From contig RHPI01000638.1 of assembly GCA_009103225.1 (NCBI GenBank), positions 434,001 to 498,000 on the forward strand: a stretch of 64,000 nucleotides of DNA, given 5' to 3'. Of the stretch, positions 37,418-50,872 are shown piece after piece; position 1 is the stretch's first letter; every line of letters begins with the position of its first letter. Source of the DNA: Chlorokybus atmophyticus (lineage: Eukaryota > Plantae > Mesostigma and Chlorokybus algae). A program made the translations under genes and the position numbers. The notes below the pieces were generated by a model. The model did no database searches, was not told the origin of the DNA, and worked only from the letters and a program-made list of their open reading frames with translations.

Positions 37418-38211
37418 CGATGAATGCACGTGTCTCGTCCATACATCAACTAAACTGTGAGAGTTGGTGGGACCAAAGCACCAGGAGAGCGGTGGACACA
37501 CACACACACACTAAGAATGCTGAGAGGTGTGCAAGCGATGATGCTGCGACCAGTTGGCAGAGTGTGAGGTTGGCAACACACACACACACACACAGAGAGG
37601 GGGGTGTGCTTGTGATGAGTATGTTGTGGACTGGACTTGGCTTGAAGCTTTATAGAGTTCCCCGGGTAGAGACGGGGACGGGGTGGGGTTTGTACTCATA
37701 TTATATAATCAACAACTGCACTGTTGTTTTCTTGTCTTGTGTTCTGCTGTCACACATGGCGCACATGCATGCTTTTGCGTGCACACATCTCTTCATGTGT
37801 GCGCGCGTGTGTGAGTGCATTCCAGCGTGTGCGTGCGTGTTTGTGCTGCCAGCTTTGATGATGCGCTGTGATGCGTCAGAACAGGCTTGTGCACTTCCTG
37901 ACGTTGGCTATTTCCCTGCAATGCCCCTCAATCAGTATTGTGTAATACTGTGTCGGTCAACACGAGCAGTCGGTACCGAAGGCGATTGACATCCCCTCAC
38001 ATGCCCAGACACGACACACGCAAAACAGAGCAACGCCTTTACACATATAACCAATACGTCACGAACACACCAAGCTTGGGTGAGATGCATGACTCAGCCA
38101 ATGCACATAAAACACAAAACGTATCTACAGCTGATGTACACAACGCTGCCAATGCTGCCATATGCACAGCCGGCATTGCACGCAATGCAAACATGTCTGC
38201 AAGCACGATCA

Positions 38212-39598
38212 TCACAGACGAGAAGGCGCGGCGCCATCCCCGTTGACCACAACGAGCGCCTTTCCCAGCACTCGCCTTGTCATCACCGCTTCATACGCCC
38301 TATGCGCCTGCCCAAGAAAATGCATCAGTCATACAAACCTGCCACTGCGCACACTTGGAATACATGTCCTCCCACCTGGTCGAGTGGGAACTTGTGCGAG
38401 ACGTGTACGTTGATGCGGCCGTCGGCCAACATGGCGAGCAGGTCCTCCACGCCGCGACGAAGCACTTCGGGCTTGTGCTGCATGTAGCTGCCCCAGTAGA
38501 TGCCGTGACACGTCACGTTCTGCTCACACACCGCACATGTGTATGTATGTGTGCGCGTGCGCTTGTGAGACACACGCATGCACGCCCACCTTGACTTGTG
38601 TATGTGTGCACATGGTTGTGTGTGCATGCGTGCGCGTCGCTCGCGCATGTGCATGTTTGTGTCTCTTTTTGCGTTTGCACATGTGTGCATGTGCACGTGC
38701 GTGCGAGCAAGTGCGCGCGTGTGCGTGCAAGGAGGGTGGGTGGGTGCGTGCGCGCGCGCGTGTGTAGCTCAGCAGGTGAAGTGGGCTTGTGACACACGAC
38801 CATGCCCACCTTGACGAGGGCCATGTTGGCGGGTATGGTGGGTATGTCCCCACTGGCGAAGCCGACGAGGAGAGCGTGCGCGCCCCAAGCGAGTGACCGC
38901 CACGCCTCCTTGAACTGCGCCCCGCCCACGTTGTCGAACAACACGTTTACGCCGGCGCGCCGCTCGCGCTTCAACCATGCTTTGATCTGTGCCACATGAA
39001 TGACGATTACCAGTACAAAGTGTAGTTAAAAGTACATGATGCTCTGCCCTGATCGCACCCGCGGCAGAATGCTCGGGTCCTTTTGCGTGTCGATCACACA
39101 GTCTGCACCCACACGCTCCAACAATGCCACCTAAACAATGACGATATAAATTTCAAAACCAATTGCAGATAAATTGTAGTTGTCATGACTCCGCCACGAC
39201 GTCGCTCACCTTCTCCGCGCCGCGCGCAACTGCTACAACATTCGCCCCACGCGCCTTGGCAAGCTGCGAACGGAATGCGCGTAACGATGTGTGGCAACCA
39301 AGCGTAGCGCAAACACACATCATCAACACGTGTCACACCTGCACGGCGGCGAGACCAACGCCGCCAGCGGCCCCGAGCACCAGCACGCACTGGCCCTGCT
39401 GCAGCCGTGCACGCTCGAGTAACGCCAGATGCGCCGTGCCTGTCAAGCAGATAGGAGGCATTCCTCATGCTGTTGTGACGACGAACCACAGCAGCCATGC
39501 GTTGTGATGCACTTGCCGAACGCTATGGGCAGGCCTGCGGCGGTGATCAGGTCGCACCCTGGCGGCAGTTTGAACCTGCTCGTGCAAAGCATGTCAAC

Positions 39599-39641
<43 letters not shown>

Positions 39642-40400
39642 TACGGCCACAACAGCAACGCCTCCTCCTCTTACGCTCGGCTTGTTGGGACGACCAGGGT
39701 GTCTGCCATCCCTCCCCCGCTCCCCACCGCCGCCACGCGGTCCCCCTTCCGCAGCTCCTCGGACGCTGCGCTCCCCACGGCGAGCACGACGCCGCTCACT
39801 TCGGATCCCGGGACGAAAGGTAAGGGAGGACGCTCCTGGTAGCGACCCTGGCACTGGAGGACGTCCGCGAAGTTGACGCTGCAGGCGGAAACCTGGAGAG
39901 GAGAGGGGAGGGGAGGGATTGTCATGTTTGGGGTGCATGTGTCTGTTCATCTATTGGTTGTGTGGCTGTTCATCGTGTTCCATGGTTCAGGTTCATACTG
40001 TGCTAGTGTAGTCGTGTGGGGCGTTTGTATACCTACACTCTGTGTTTCAGCATGTCCCCAAACCTCCTGCATGCGCGTGCCGCACTACTCATACTGCATG
40101 ACGTGTACTGGAAATCGGGAGGGACGGAACTCTCGCCACCATACACAGTCATTGTCATGATAACGACAAGATCCTGTCCATAACGGCGACCTTGATAAGG
40201 ACATCGTTGGAGTCTGGGTCCAGCCTGGGCTCCGGCCAGTCGTTCCTGAACCTCAGCGCTCCATCGCCGCCGTCCTTGGAGGGATCACCGAGCCGCTCGC
40301 ACACCACCGCCCTCATGCTGAAACCCTCCCTCTCCTCCCCCTCCTCGTCCGCCTCCTCCTCCTCCTCCTTTGCCTCCTCGTCGGCGCCAAGCACCTCCAT
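38212..40400 (-). CDS. NADPH:quinone oxidoreductase (zeta-crystallin-like MDR) with a PTS1 signal
   Basis: SVNFADVLQCQGRYQERPPLPFVPGSEVSG, LVLGAAGGVGLAAVQ, FDNVGG, VGFASGDIP and C-terminal ...GKALVVVNGDGAAPSRL*. Start could be 40400 or the later MRAVVC. Confidence 0.9.
39598..39640. repeat. (GAT)n microsatellite in an oxidoreductase intron
   Basis: Read directly from the sequence. Confidence 0.9.
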
Positions 40401-40639
40401 CTGCACCGACGGTCGGCACTTGACCCAACGTCGACGAGGAGGATACAGCAGAACAGTGTCGATGGTCGGCGGACCTAAAGTGGTCGAGTGGTAGCGCACG
40501 TGACAGCTCCGTAGCCTGGCGCAGCCTCCTCCTCGGCGGCGGCGGCAGAAGGAGGTCGTCGCTGGGCTGATGATGCTGTTGATGGTTACTGGATGAAGGT
40601 GGGGGTGGTGGTCGGAGTCAGCGGGTGGTGAGGTCGTGG

Positions 40640-43600
40640 ATGATGGATGGGAGGTCGGCGGCGAGCCTACGCAGCCCGACCAGGCGGCAGCGGCGAGTGA
40701 GCGGTGTGGATGATGCCTCTGGCTCTACGGTGTCCACATCCACCTCGCCGCCTCAGCTGGTAATTGTCACTCTTGCAAGCTCACTGAATGTGTTTCAACG
40801 AGGTTGAGCCTGATAGCCAAGTCAAAGAGTTGCATCGCAAACACACAACGACGATGCGTCGGGCGCTGGAACCAGGGATCAGCAACATAAGCAGGCGTTG
40901 GATCTGATCTGAATTTGTCGTTATGCGTCCATTTTGTCGTCGTTGCGAGAAGGACATGTGCACTACCCCTACTCTTGCACTACTAGCAAAACTTTCCTAG
41001 TACAGCTACAACCGTTACCAAGTACTAGTAAGTCCATCCCACAGCTCCATTTTTTGAGAATCACTTTGTGTGCGGATGTCTCAATCTGGCTGGTCATACA
41101 CGTGGATGGCGGCATGCGCCTGTGCATGAGCCCGGATACAAGTTCTCAGCACACAATAGCGACGTTAGTGCACTAACCACTATGTGCGCCATTTCCATTT
41201 CGGGGGTAAAGTGCAAAACATCAAACGTCACTCTGCCAACCTATCACATCAAGTGGTTTCTCCCTTTCAACTTCTAACAGCGTAGCACACCGCGCCAAGC
41301 GGTAACACTACACCGAGAATGAACCCAATCCTTGCAATGATCATCACAAGCATGCATGCAAGGGCAGGTCACCCCAAGCACAGAGCATTCGGCACACGCC
41401 CACACCCACATGTTGCATTCCCACAGCAGAGTCCGCGGCGCGTGAGGCCGTCTCAGGTTGACTCCGCGTCATCACTCGGCCAGGAGGGCTCACACGCTCT
41501 CGGCGTTGGCGCGGCAGCCCGTCTCCTCCCTCGCGTGGCCACTGCCGCCGCAGCCACCCGAGAACGCACATACACGCGCGAAACCTCACTCATCAGGTAT
41601 CATGTAGTGCATCACACGACGAACATGACCGTGATAGTCACGAACAACAACGGCATACCACATTGCCGTGTTGCAGTCCGCGCGCTGAGGGCAACCGTGG
41701 CGGCGAGGCTTCCTCCTCCTCCTCCGCGTCGTCCTCCGCGGCGACCTCCCCGACATCGCCGGTGGCGGTGTCTCACCGTACAGCGAGCATTGTGTCGCGG
41801 GCACGCAACGAGGTGGGCGGGGCGGGGGCGGCGGCGTTGACGTCGATGTCGTCGGCAGGCGCGCCCACAAGCAGAGCCAGCGCGGGTATGCGGGGAGAAG
41901 GTGTGGGCGCACCCGTGCGTTCACGGCCGGCCACGCGTGGCGGCTGCGGGGACAACCCACTTCTCGGGCGATCACACCCGGGTGCAGTTGGGGGAGGGGG
42001 AGGAGGCGGAGGGAGGAGCAACACGTGGCTGCTGCGCGACACATCAACGCCACCGGTCAGGTAGGTTGAGACTGGCGACAACGCGAGTGCACAGTGTATG
42101 TGATCACACACGCGCCCGTCAATGCGGGCATCAGTCCATCCAGGCATGCATGTCTGTGTGTGCGCGCTCGTCTGTTCATATGTCTGTTTGTTTGTCCATC
42201 CGCGCAAGCGTGTATGTGGACATACTCGTGCATGCATGCATGCGCACATGTGCCCTGTCTGTAGTTTGTGGGTCCGTAGGATGTGTGTATGCATGTGCGC
42301 AAGAGTACATCCCCATGCATGTGCTGGCGGGGGGGGGCGGCGAGGGGGGCTGTGTAATGCAGCATCCGCTGCACACATTTACACGCACAAGCGTGTCCTC
42401 ACACAACCCAAGCAACCCTGCTATCACCACCATAACCTTTGAGAGTCTCAGGTGGGATAGGAAAGAGATGGAGGCGAGGGCGCAGCGTGCATTGGCTGCA
42501 GCGCGCGCTATTGTGCTGCCGCCAATAGCAAGCGCTGGCACTGGCAGCGGCAGCACAAGTCCACCCAGCAACATCATCAACAACGCCAGTACAACGATGA
42601 CAAATCCCAACGGCGCCGGCAGTGTGGCGGCCTCGTCCTTAATGAGGGTTGGAGGCGAGGACACAAGAGAGGACGAGAGTGGACTTGTAAGGTCGAGCAT
42701 GCCGGAGGTCGTGGCCAATGCGAGGTGGATGAGGAGGCTCCCCGTGGGCGTGCGCCAGACCGTGTGCGCGTGCTTCACACCGCAGGTGATTGTGAATGTG
42801 ATGTATTTGTGACTTAGCGGATACGTCGCATCATACTGAATTGTGGCTCGCTCAGGATGCTGTGGCCGGGGAGGTGCTCGTGCGGGCAGGTGGGAGGAGC
42901 GGCTGCATGTACACAATCGAGTCGGGGACTTTTGTTGCCACCCGCCCCGCAGCCTCAGTCATGACGTGCGTAATAACGTGCGTGGATACATACATCAGCA
43001 TTATACGCTGCATACATACTCGCTGTTTAATTCAATGCCGATCATGCATACAGCACGCCACGGACTGCGCACGAGAGCTCCAGCAGCGGCCCGAGCAGCC
43101 CCACATCACCCGAGAGCCCCACGAGCGTGTTGTTGCGCGAAGGAGGAGGCGAGAGTGTGAGCGGTGCTGTGACGCTGTCGACGTTGGGTCCTGGGGACTT
43201 CTTCGGCGAGCTGTCCTTGCTTCACGGTTGCGCTCACGCTGCCACGGTGGAAGCAACATATGGCGGCGGCCGCGTGTGGGCTTTGAGCTTAGAGGACTTC
43301 ACCTTGCACGGTGCTGCTGCGGCCTTCCGCCAAAGAGAGGACTACATTGGCTTTCTCCGCGCGGGCGTGCCTCTACTAGAGGGCTTGCCTGACTACATTG
43401 TCATGCGCATCGCGGACGAGGTGGAGAAGGAGATCCACCATGACGGCGCCGTCATACTGAGACAGGGCTCCCGGAGGAGTAATACGTTGGCGCTAAGGTT
43501 TCTCCTCGACGGGAAGGCCGCCGTGTCGCAGGTGCTCAAGCCGGGGGATGCGCCTGTGGAGGTGTGGCGGCTGCGGAGCGGGGAGCACTTTGGGGACGTG

Positions 43601-45479
43601 GCGCTCGTGTCGGAGGACGGCGCGCACACGGCCACAGTCACGGCGGAGGGAGTCGTGGCGTGTTTGGCGTTGCCGGAAAGAGCCTTCAGGACGCTACTCT
43701 TCCCGTACGTGCGCGCGCGCCTACACGAAGCACTCGCCACATACGCCTACGCATCCAATGCCGCAGTTGTCGACGCCACCGGTACAAAGCACAACCACAT
43801 GCACCAACGCAGCATTGAGGACAAGGAGAAACAAGACCAGAGAAGTCTCAGTGTTAGTAGTGCTGCTGATGCATGCGTGGCAAGGGACGATAGTATCACT
43901 GCAAGTAGTAGTGTTGGTAGTGGGGATGCGGCGGCGATGATGGCGAAGGTGACGGCGATGCGGTCCGCAAAGCTCGATGCAGCTTCTTTCCGGCTGTTGG
44001 GCGATTTGGGTCAGGGTGCCAACGGTCGCGTGCGCGTGGCGCGTTACGAGCGCACGGGGGAGCTGTTCGCTGTCAAGGTGATGGACAAGACCCACATCGA
44101 GGGCTACGACAACGGCATGGAGCACCTCCGCGCCGAGAAGGCTCTCACCATGTCCCTCGCGCACCCCTTCCTTGTCAACGTGTATGGCTCGTTCCAGGAC
44201 AGAGACCGCGTGTACATCGTGATGGAGATTGTCGAGGGAGGCACGTTACAGGACGCCATACGTGCACACCTCTCAGCGACGGGAGGCAAGGCTGTTGGAG
44301 GACTCAACGAGGATGCCGCGCGCCTGCTCGCCGCCGAGCTCGTCCTTGGACTCCAGTACATACATGGACAGCACATGGTGCACAGAGACCTCAAGCCCGC
44401 CAACGTCCTGCTGGCCGTCACTCACGACGAGCACGGCAACGTCACCGGCCAACACGCCAAGATCGCAGGTGAGTGAGTGGTTCTATGCTGACCTGCTCAC
44501 AGATGTTGGCTCTGTCTCTCATGTGTACGTGCCGGCACTGTGTGCAGACTTTGGGTACGCGAAGCGGGTGTGGGGTGACGACCGCGCGTGGTCTCTCTGC
44601 GGCACCACCGAGTACATCGCGCCCGAGGTCCTGCAGAACCGCGGCCATGGCTATGCCGCGGATATCTGGTCTCTGGGAGTCATCGTGTATCAGATGCTCA
44701 CGGGCATGCCGCCCTTCCACGACATGCCGCTGCGCAGACACAACGTCATCTTCGAGAAGGTTCTCTCTGAACCACTCACCTTTCCGCCGCACGTCCGCAG
44801 CAACGCACGAAACTTCGTCTCTCAGCTGCTCGAAAGAGACGTCTCCAAAAGGTGCGCTGCACACTTTCACCTTCTTTACGCAATGCCCACGACGTAAATA
44901 CAGGGTAGCACAGCTACACATGCTTACATATAGTTGCATATGCACTCAATTGCGTCATGCTTAAAGATCGCACGCATGCATGCATGCATGCATGCATTCA
45001 CTCACGCAGGCCATCAGCACTTGCTGATACACTACCTTACTTACCGCCAGGCTGCGTGGTAATCCTATCTTCACTTATGCTAACATGCACGGCCACCAAG
45101 CAACAGGCATGGTCACATCACCTGTACACACGGGGTGTGCGTGTGTTACATCTTTCGTGAACCCAACAGGTTGGGAAACGGGGAGGGCAGCTTTGCGGAG
45201 ATAAGAGGTCATCCCTGGTTTAGGAAGATCAACTGGGATAGATTGGCAAGACAGGAGTACAGGATTCAGTGCTTACCTGCGGGGGATGCACGAATAGGGA
45301 AGGCTCACGATCAGTTGAACACGAGCGGAGAGGGCGTGCATCCCGCCGCTGCGGGTGCCAACAGCAGGCAGCAGAGGCAGAGCCTGCATGCGGATGGGGG
45401 CTCGCGCATAGGCACCGAGCAGAGCGATTCTGGAGACATGCATCGAGCTGCCGACAATTTTGGTGATTGGGACTACTGA
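40640..45479 (+). CDS. PKG/PKA-like AGC kinase with two cyclic-nucleotide-binding-like domains
   Basis: Two CNB domains (GPGDFFGELSLL..AATV and GEHFGDVALV..TATV) precede a kinase domain: LGQGANGRV, FAVK, HRDLKPANVLL, DFGYAK, SLCGTTEYIAPE, DIWSLGV, and RLG...HPWFRKINW. 7 exons; the start is inferred from in-phase upstream exons. Confidence 0.88.
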
Positions 45480-45755
45480 GTCGACAGAATGTGTTTATGC
45501 ACCCAGCACTGGTTGGTCAATACAGGCTGCACTTTGCAGATACTTGCACAAGTTTTGTGTGACGTTCCTAATCACAGAGACACACAACTGCCCCCAGCAC
45601 AATAGTGAAAGTGTATATTGAGGTAGCATGCGCAATATGTGCAGAACACAAGCAGTGGGCAACTGTACATACAAACAGGCAGATCCCGTGATCCCAAGCG
45701 AAAGACCATGATAACTGTTGAGCTACTACTAGGAGCTGTGCCGGCCAAGCTGCTG

Positions 45756-48700
45756 CTAAGCTCTCCTTCGCGTCCGGTAGTATAGCACGAGATCGTCCGG
45801 CCGCTTCCAGACATACGTACGAACAGTTGCTAAACTCATATCGGGCGGCAAGACCTGTACGAAAAGATGTTGGCAATCCATATCAGTCATAACAAGTAGC
45901 TGACGTCTGCGAAGTAGCAACTGTCACAACAAATGCGTCATTGGTTCTAGTGTACAGCATGTTGGCGTACCTGTTCATTGCAAACAACCTCAATTGGAAG
46001 CTCCTCAGCCTCCTCTTCCTCGCCCTCGGCTGTGCTCGCGCCATTGGCGGTGCCATCATTTGAGTCGAATGACTGTTGTGAGAGTGTTTCCTGCCTTCGG
46101 TTGGGTCGCCCTGTGCTCGTGGGTGGGCCCAGCTGCAGCCGCTGCATGACATAGTTGATGACCTGCCAACAGCAGCCGACCATGAGCTAGCAGGCCACCA
46201 TTGCACCTGTGCAAGTATGTATGCGTGTATAGCGCACCTTCTGTATCCTAAGAATGCGCGGAGCGCTCAGCTTGCCCTGCGTCAAAGGCTCCAGCTCGCT
46301 TCCTTCATAAGGCGCCAAGTAGAACCCGTACCTGCCAGCATAGCATGGGGTTGAAGCTAAGGCACTGCTTCAACACATACCACCAACATCTGATTGTCTG
46401 TCCTAACTCACTTGGAAGGTTCTCTGTGTGGCAAGCGGCGATGCAGCAAGCAGTCCAGCAGCCACGCAGGGAGCTCGCGCTCGTCCTCGGCACCCGTGAG
46501 CTCGTCCGCAGGTCGGCGCCAGGGCTGGTTGGCAGAGCCCTCCGTGATGACGGAGGGCCACACGACAAACTTAAACGGCGGCACGATGGCCGCATTGTTG
46601 TCGCCCCCCTCGTCATCCTGCTCCGATGCTGCAGGCCCGTAGCGCTCCTTTCGGCGGTCGAGATACACCTTGAACAGGCCTCGTAGGGTCTGTTCTCCGA
46701 GGTTGACTTTCAAGTCATCCGTTGCGTTCTCAATACCAAGGTCGGTAGCATACATTTCCGCAGTGAAACACTGCGGAGGCTCCAAGTGCACGGCAATGCT
46801 TCCGAGCTTTGTGTCGGACTGGAACCAACTTGGCACACTCATCTGTCAACACGACATCCCAACTGTCAATACCGCTGCTACAAGTATCCCATGCAAGCTC
46901 ACAGTCTCACATCAACTCGGCAAAGCATGCACCTGCTCAAACAGCTCCTTCAGCTTGTCCTCAAAGGTAACCTGCAGCGTCAGATGCTTCAGCAAAACAG
47001 CAATGCATCATGAAACCCTCAATCTCCAACCGACCAACAACACTAGCGTTGTACCTGCCCATACTTGGCCAGCACTTGCCCAGTTGTGACGCTCCAAAGA
47101 GCCACATCACCCGCGGCGTCCTGCATTGCATGATTACAATTGAGCACAGTTGGACAGGTGTAACACCCCGCAAAACCCGAGTGGCTTTCGCTCATCAGTA
47201 CACCTTGGACAATATGCGACAGCGGTCATTGAGCACAGCATGCTGAACAATCCCTGGCGACCCTTTGATCGTGACTGCAGGAGCTTGCTGAAGGGGAACC
47301 TGCCATCACCCACGCTTCAGTTGCAAGACCCAACAGTCAATCCTCCTTATCATGCACATAACCTCACCATAGGGGTTGGCTCCTCCTTGCTGGCTCGTAC
47401 ACGTGCAAATGGTGAGGAGCCCGCCACGAACGCGGTGGCGGCCGTGCGCGAGGGCAGACGCATACGGGGGTGATCCCCCTCATCTGTCTTGGGGACCGCA
47501 AACCACTTCCGCAATGACGAATCTGTGGAGGACACCCAAAGGCCGTTGTGCGTGTCGGGAGCCACGCGCAGCACGGGGGCGCTCTCGGCGAACAGCAGCA
47601 TGCTCTCGCGCGTGGCAAGGTTGGTGCAGTACACATTGCGGTCACGCCCTCCGCTGTACACGTTGGAGAAGCTGGAGTCCGCCGCAAGCGCCCACACAGA
47701 CTCCGTGTGCACCGCGAGCACTTGTATGCAGCGCTGCTGACCCAGGTCCCACAACCTGCATGGCCATGAGACATTACTGTGCGCACATTTGTCGTTCGAG
47801 GTGCCGAGCATGCTTGAAGTGTTTGTGCAAAACACAATCGCTTCAAGCATGTGCAGGACTCTGGGTCAGCAAAATACACACTACATCATGTTGATCGCAA
47901 CACATGCGCAATCCACTCGAGTACCTGATGGTTGCATCTGATGAACCAGAGAGACACAGCCTGCCAATCACAACAGCATGGCTTCAGAAGATAGGGCAAG
48001 GAACGGGTCTGATACTGTTTCAACCTTGGTGGATGAATGGAGACCACCTTACCTGCCAGTGGCGTCCAAGATAAGGGCGCGTACATTATCTGAGTGGCCC
48101 TTGAGCTTCATCTGCTTCTGGCCAGTGCGCGGATCCCACACGCGTATGGCCTTCTCTGTGGACCCCGACACTACGACGCTGCCGTTGGCGCTCATCGCGA
48201 GCGCGTACACGGAGTCTTTATGGCCGCGCGCGGGAAGCGGTGCGTAGCTGCTTCCGCTAGGGGACGTCGATGCGGGGCCTTCGCCGTCGTCCGCACGCAT
48301 CAATGGCCGCATGGCTGCCTCCATGTCCCACAGGAATACCTCAGAGCCCAAGCCGCCCGAGGCCACCAGGTTGCTCTGCAGGTGTCATTTACATGATTGA
48401 GTATGTCCGTAATCGACATGTATTGCATTTGAACCGTACCTGCGGGGCTGAAGCCAGTGCGAGCACATAGTCAGAGTGTGCACGCAGGGTGCGGACGCAC
48501 TCCCCATCCTCAAGACGCCATACCTGCACAACAACAACGATGACACTTGAAACCATGCACGAGGTTGCAAGAACCTTGAGGTGTAAGCGAGATCTGAGCA
48601 GCAGCAAGCAACTGAGTTGAGTGTAAACACATCAGTGTACATAACGTACTCAATACGTATACAACACATGTAAATAACACAGCTCGTGTACACAGCATGT

Positions 48701-49526
48701 ATCATGCACAAAAGTGTGCACACATTCACAATGCGGGCGTAGCATTGCGCAAGACTTGCCTTGAGTGTGGTATCGGATGAGCCTGAGACGAGCGCGCTAC
48801 CATCATCACCCAAGAGGGCCACATCGTTAACCTGCATAGAACAAAGTACGCGGGGTTGTTGACTAAGATACTATCAATAACGTTGCCTATCACACCATGC
48901 GTCAACACCTCAAGACAGTGGAATGAAATTAGCCCGCAGTGTGGTGTTGGTGATGATATATTGCCAAAGCTTTTGATGCCAATGTGGCACAACGTGCCCT
49001 TAATGTCATGAAGAGCGGATGTGCCACACAGCAAGACGATTGGTTATGGGCGCATAATGACACCATGCAAGGCAAAACGCATGTACGGTGTGCACCAATG
49101 CAACTGCACGTTGGTTATGTCTGCATTTCATGTACAATTATGTTATCTGTGTCAAACGCAAGTACATGCGCTGCAATCCTCCCTTGCTGTTGGACTTGCA
49201 ACATAGTACCAATGCAACGCTGAGTTGAAGAAGTGGATACTGCTAACAATGCAGTATAGACTGTATACCCAATCAGTGTGTGATTGTAGGGTTGAGGTGC
49301 AGGAGGGTGAGGGGCCGGCAAGGTCCCAGCGCTTGATGGTGGCGTCGCGGGAGGCCGACAGCAGAGAGGCGCCCCCATCCGCGACCACCACGGCGTTGAC
49401 CCCAGCCCTGTGCCCGCCCTGCCCCCTTGCGTCCCCCAGCACGTACGACACCCTCTTCTCCTTGCCCCGCCTGGCTGTGGCCGCGGCGTTGGAGGCGGAG
49501 GCGGCAGCTCCTCCTCCGATCTGCAT
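45756..49526 (-). CDS. WDR48: WD repeat-containing protein 48 (UAF1 / plant LRS1), deubiquitinase cofactor
   Basis: ...KEKRVSYVL..., [59 protein letters not shown] and C-terminal [12 protein letters not shown]...[13 protein letters not shown]. Confidence 0.93.
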
Positions 49527-50794
49527 GCCTAGACTAATCCACAATGCAGCCGGCCATTGCTGGCGCTGCTCCCAAGAGGATAGGAGGGACGCTCTCAGGG
49601 ACGGCAGCCAGCGCCTGGGGCGGCCTGACCCCCTCCTGGACCAGGCGGGCGGCGTCGTCGTCGACCAACCAGCACTTGCTCACAGCGACCAGCTGCGGCC
49701 TGCTTGCATGTGCGTGCGAGCCCAAGGACTGCGGACAGGGGGGAGCTCAAGCGTACGCTGGCGAGGCGCCGTCGGCGGCGGGGGGGCGGACAGCGTCGTC
49801 GTTGTCGTTGCGGTGGTGGAGCATCTAGCTGCTAACAATACTGCCAAAAAGAGTGAGGGGTTAGGTCGCATGAAGGGTCCCTTCTGCTTGTGGATGGATA
49901 GGGTGGATCGTCAATTCCTGTAGGACCTGGCAGCGCGTCGACGACTGCCAGTCGACTGCTGGCCTAACAGTGGCAACATGGGCCTTGTTGCATCACTAAC
50001 CCATGCACGGTGCATTGCACACACAATAATGTGTGCACTGGTCATGATCCTGTATTCTAGGGGGAGGTGTCCTTTGCACCCAGGTTGTGTAGCAGCAAGC
50101 CTGCTTTTTGGCAGCTCAAACGCCGCTTGATGGGCTAATTTAACTACTACTCTGTCAGCTGCTTTTTAGGTTAACTTTATGAATTACATTGTTTGTACAA
50201 AGTGAAACTATCATGAATCAACGTGCATTACGCTATTACGTGCAAATGTCACATGCTAATGTTACATGAGTTATCAACAAGGATGTGAAATCATCATAGT
50301 ATATTTTATAGTATACTTTAAACAATTATTGATTATCATTTGATAGTGGACAATGCTTATTATCATAAGCAGCAGCCAATGTCACCGCACACGAGCATTA
50401 TAGCAAGCACGCAAGAACAAACCACTGTTGCATGCAGTAACATACGGAGCTTATATTACATAGTACAACTTTTATGTCAAGGTGATAAAACTACCAAATA
50501 ACAGAAGACCTCTTATAATCGATGAAGGACGAACTTACACGTTGGTAATGATTTTAGTACAAAAATAGGCTCTCGTACATTATGCAACATGTGCAATTCA
50601 CTCATTTCGCCACTTATAATAATGACGCATCATATATATATTGAGTATCTGAAGTGTATCCAATAAACTTGTAATGTTACAATTACACTTACCGTCATAG
50701 CTCAACCAGTTGAAATGTACTTTTTAAATGCATACCGTAAGTTTGTGCGCGCGCGGAGGGGGGGAGGGGGGAAGGAAGTATTCTATATAATTAA

Positions 50795-50872
50795 TACACA
50801 TGCAATACGCATTATGGATAGCAAACGTGTGTTACTTGATACACGTGTGCTTTCATAATGCGTATTTCTGTA
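50795..50872. ncRNA. Candidate hairpin RNA (pre-miRNA-like) or MITE-derived inverted repeat
   Basis: aatacgcattatggatagcaaacgtgtgt-tacttg-atacacgtgtgctttcataatgcgtatt (50804-50866) forms a ~28-bp imperfect stem. A TATATAA lies at 50784-50790. Confidence 0.3.

Noticed and set aside
11740-42310. Many 60-150 aa Cys/Val/His/Thr-rich ORFs in the ORF track
   Set aside because: They arise from (GT/CA/GC)n intronic repeats or are antisense shadows of GC-rich exons.
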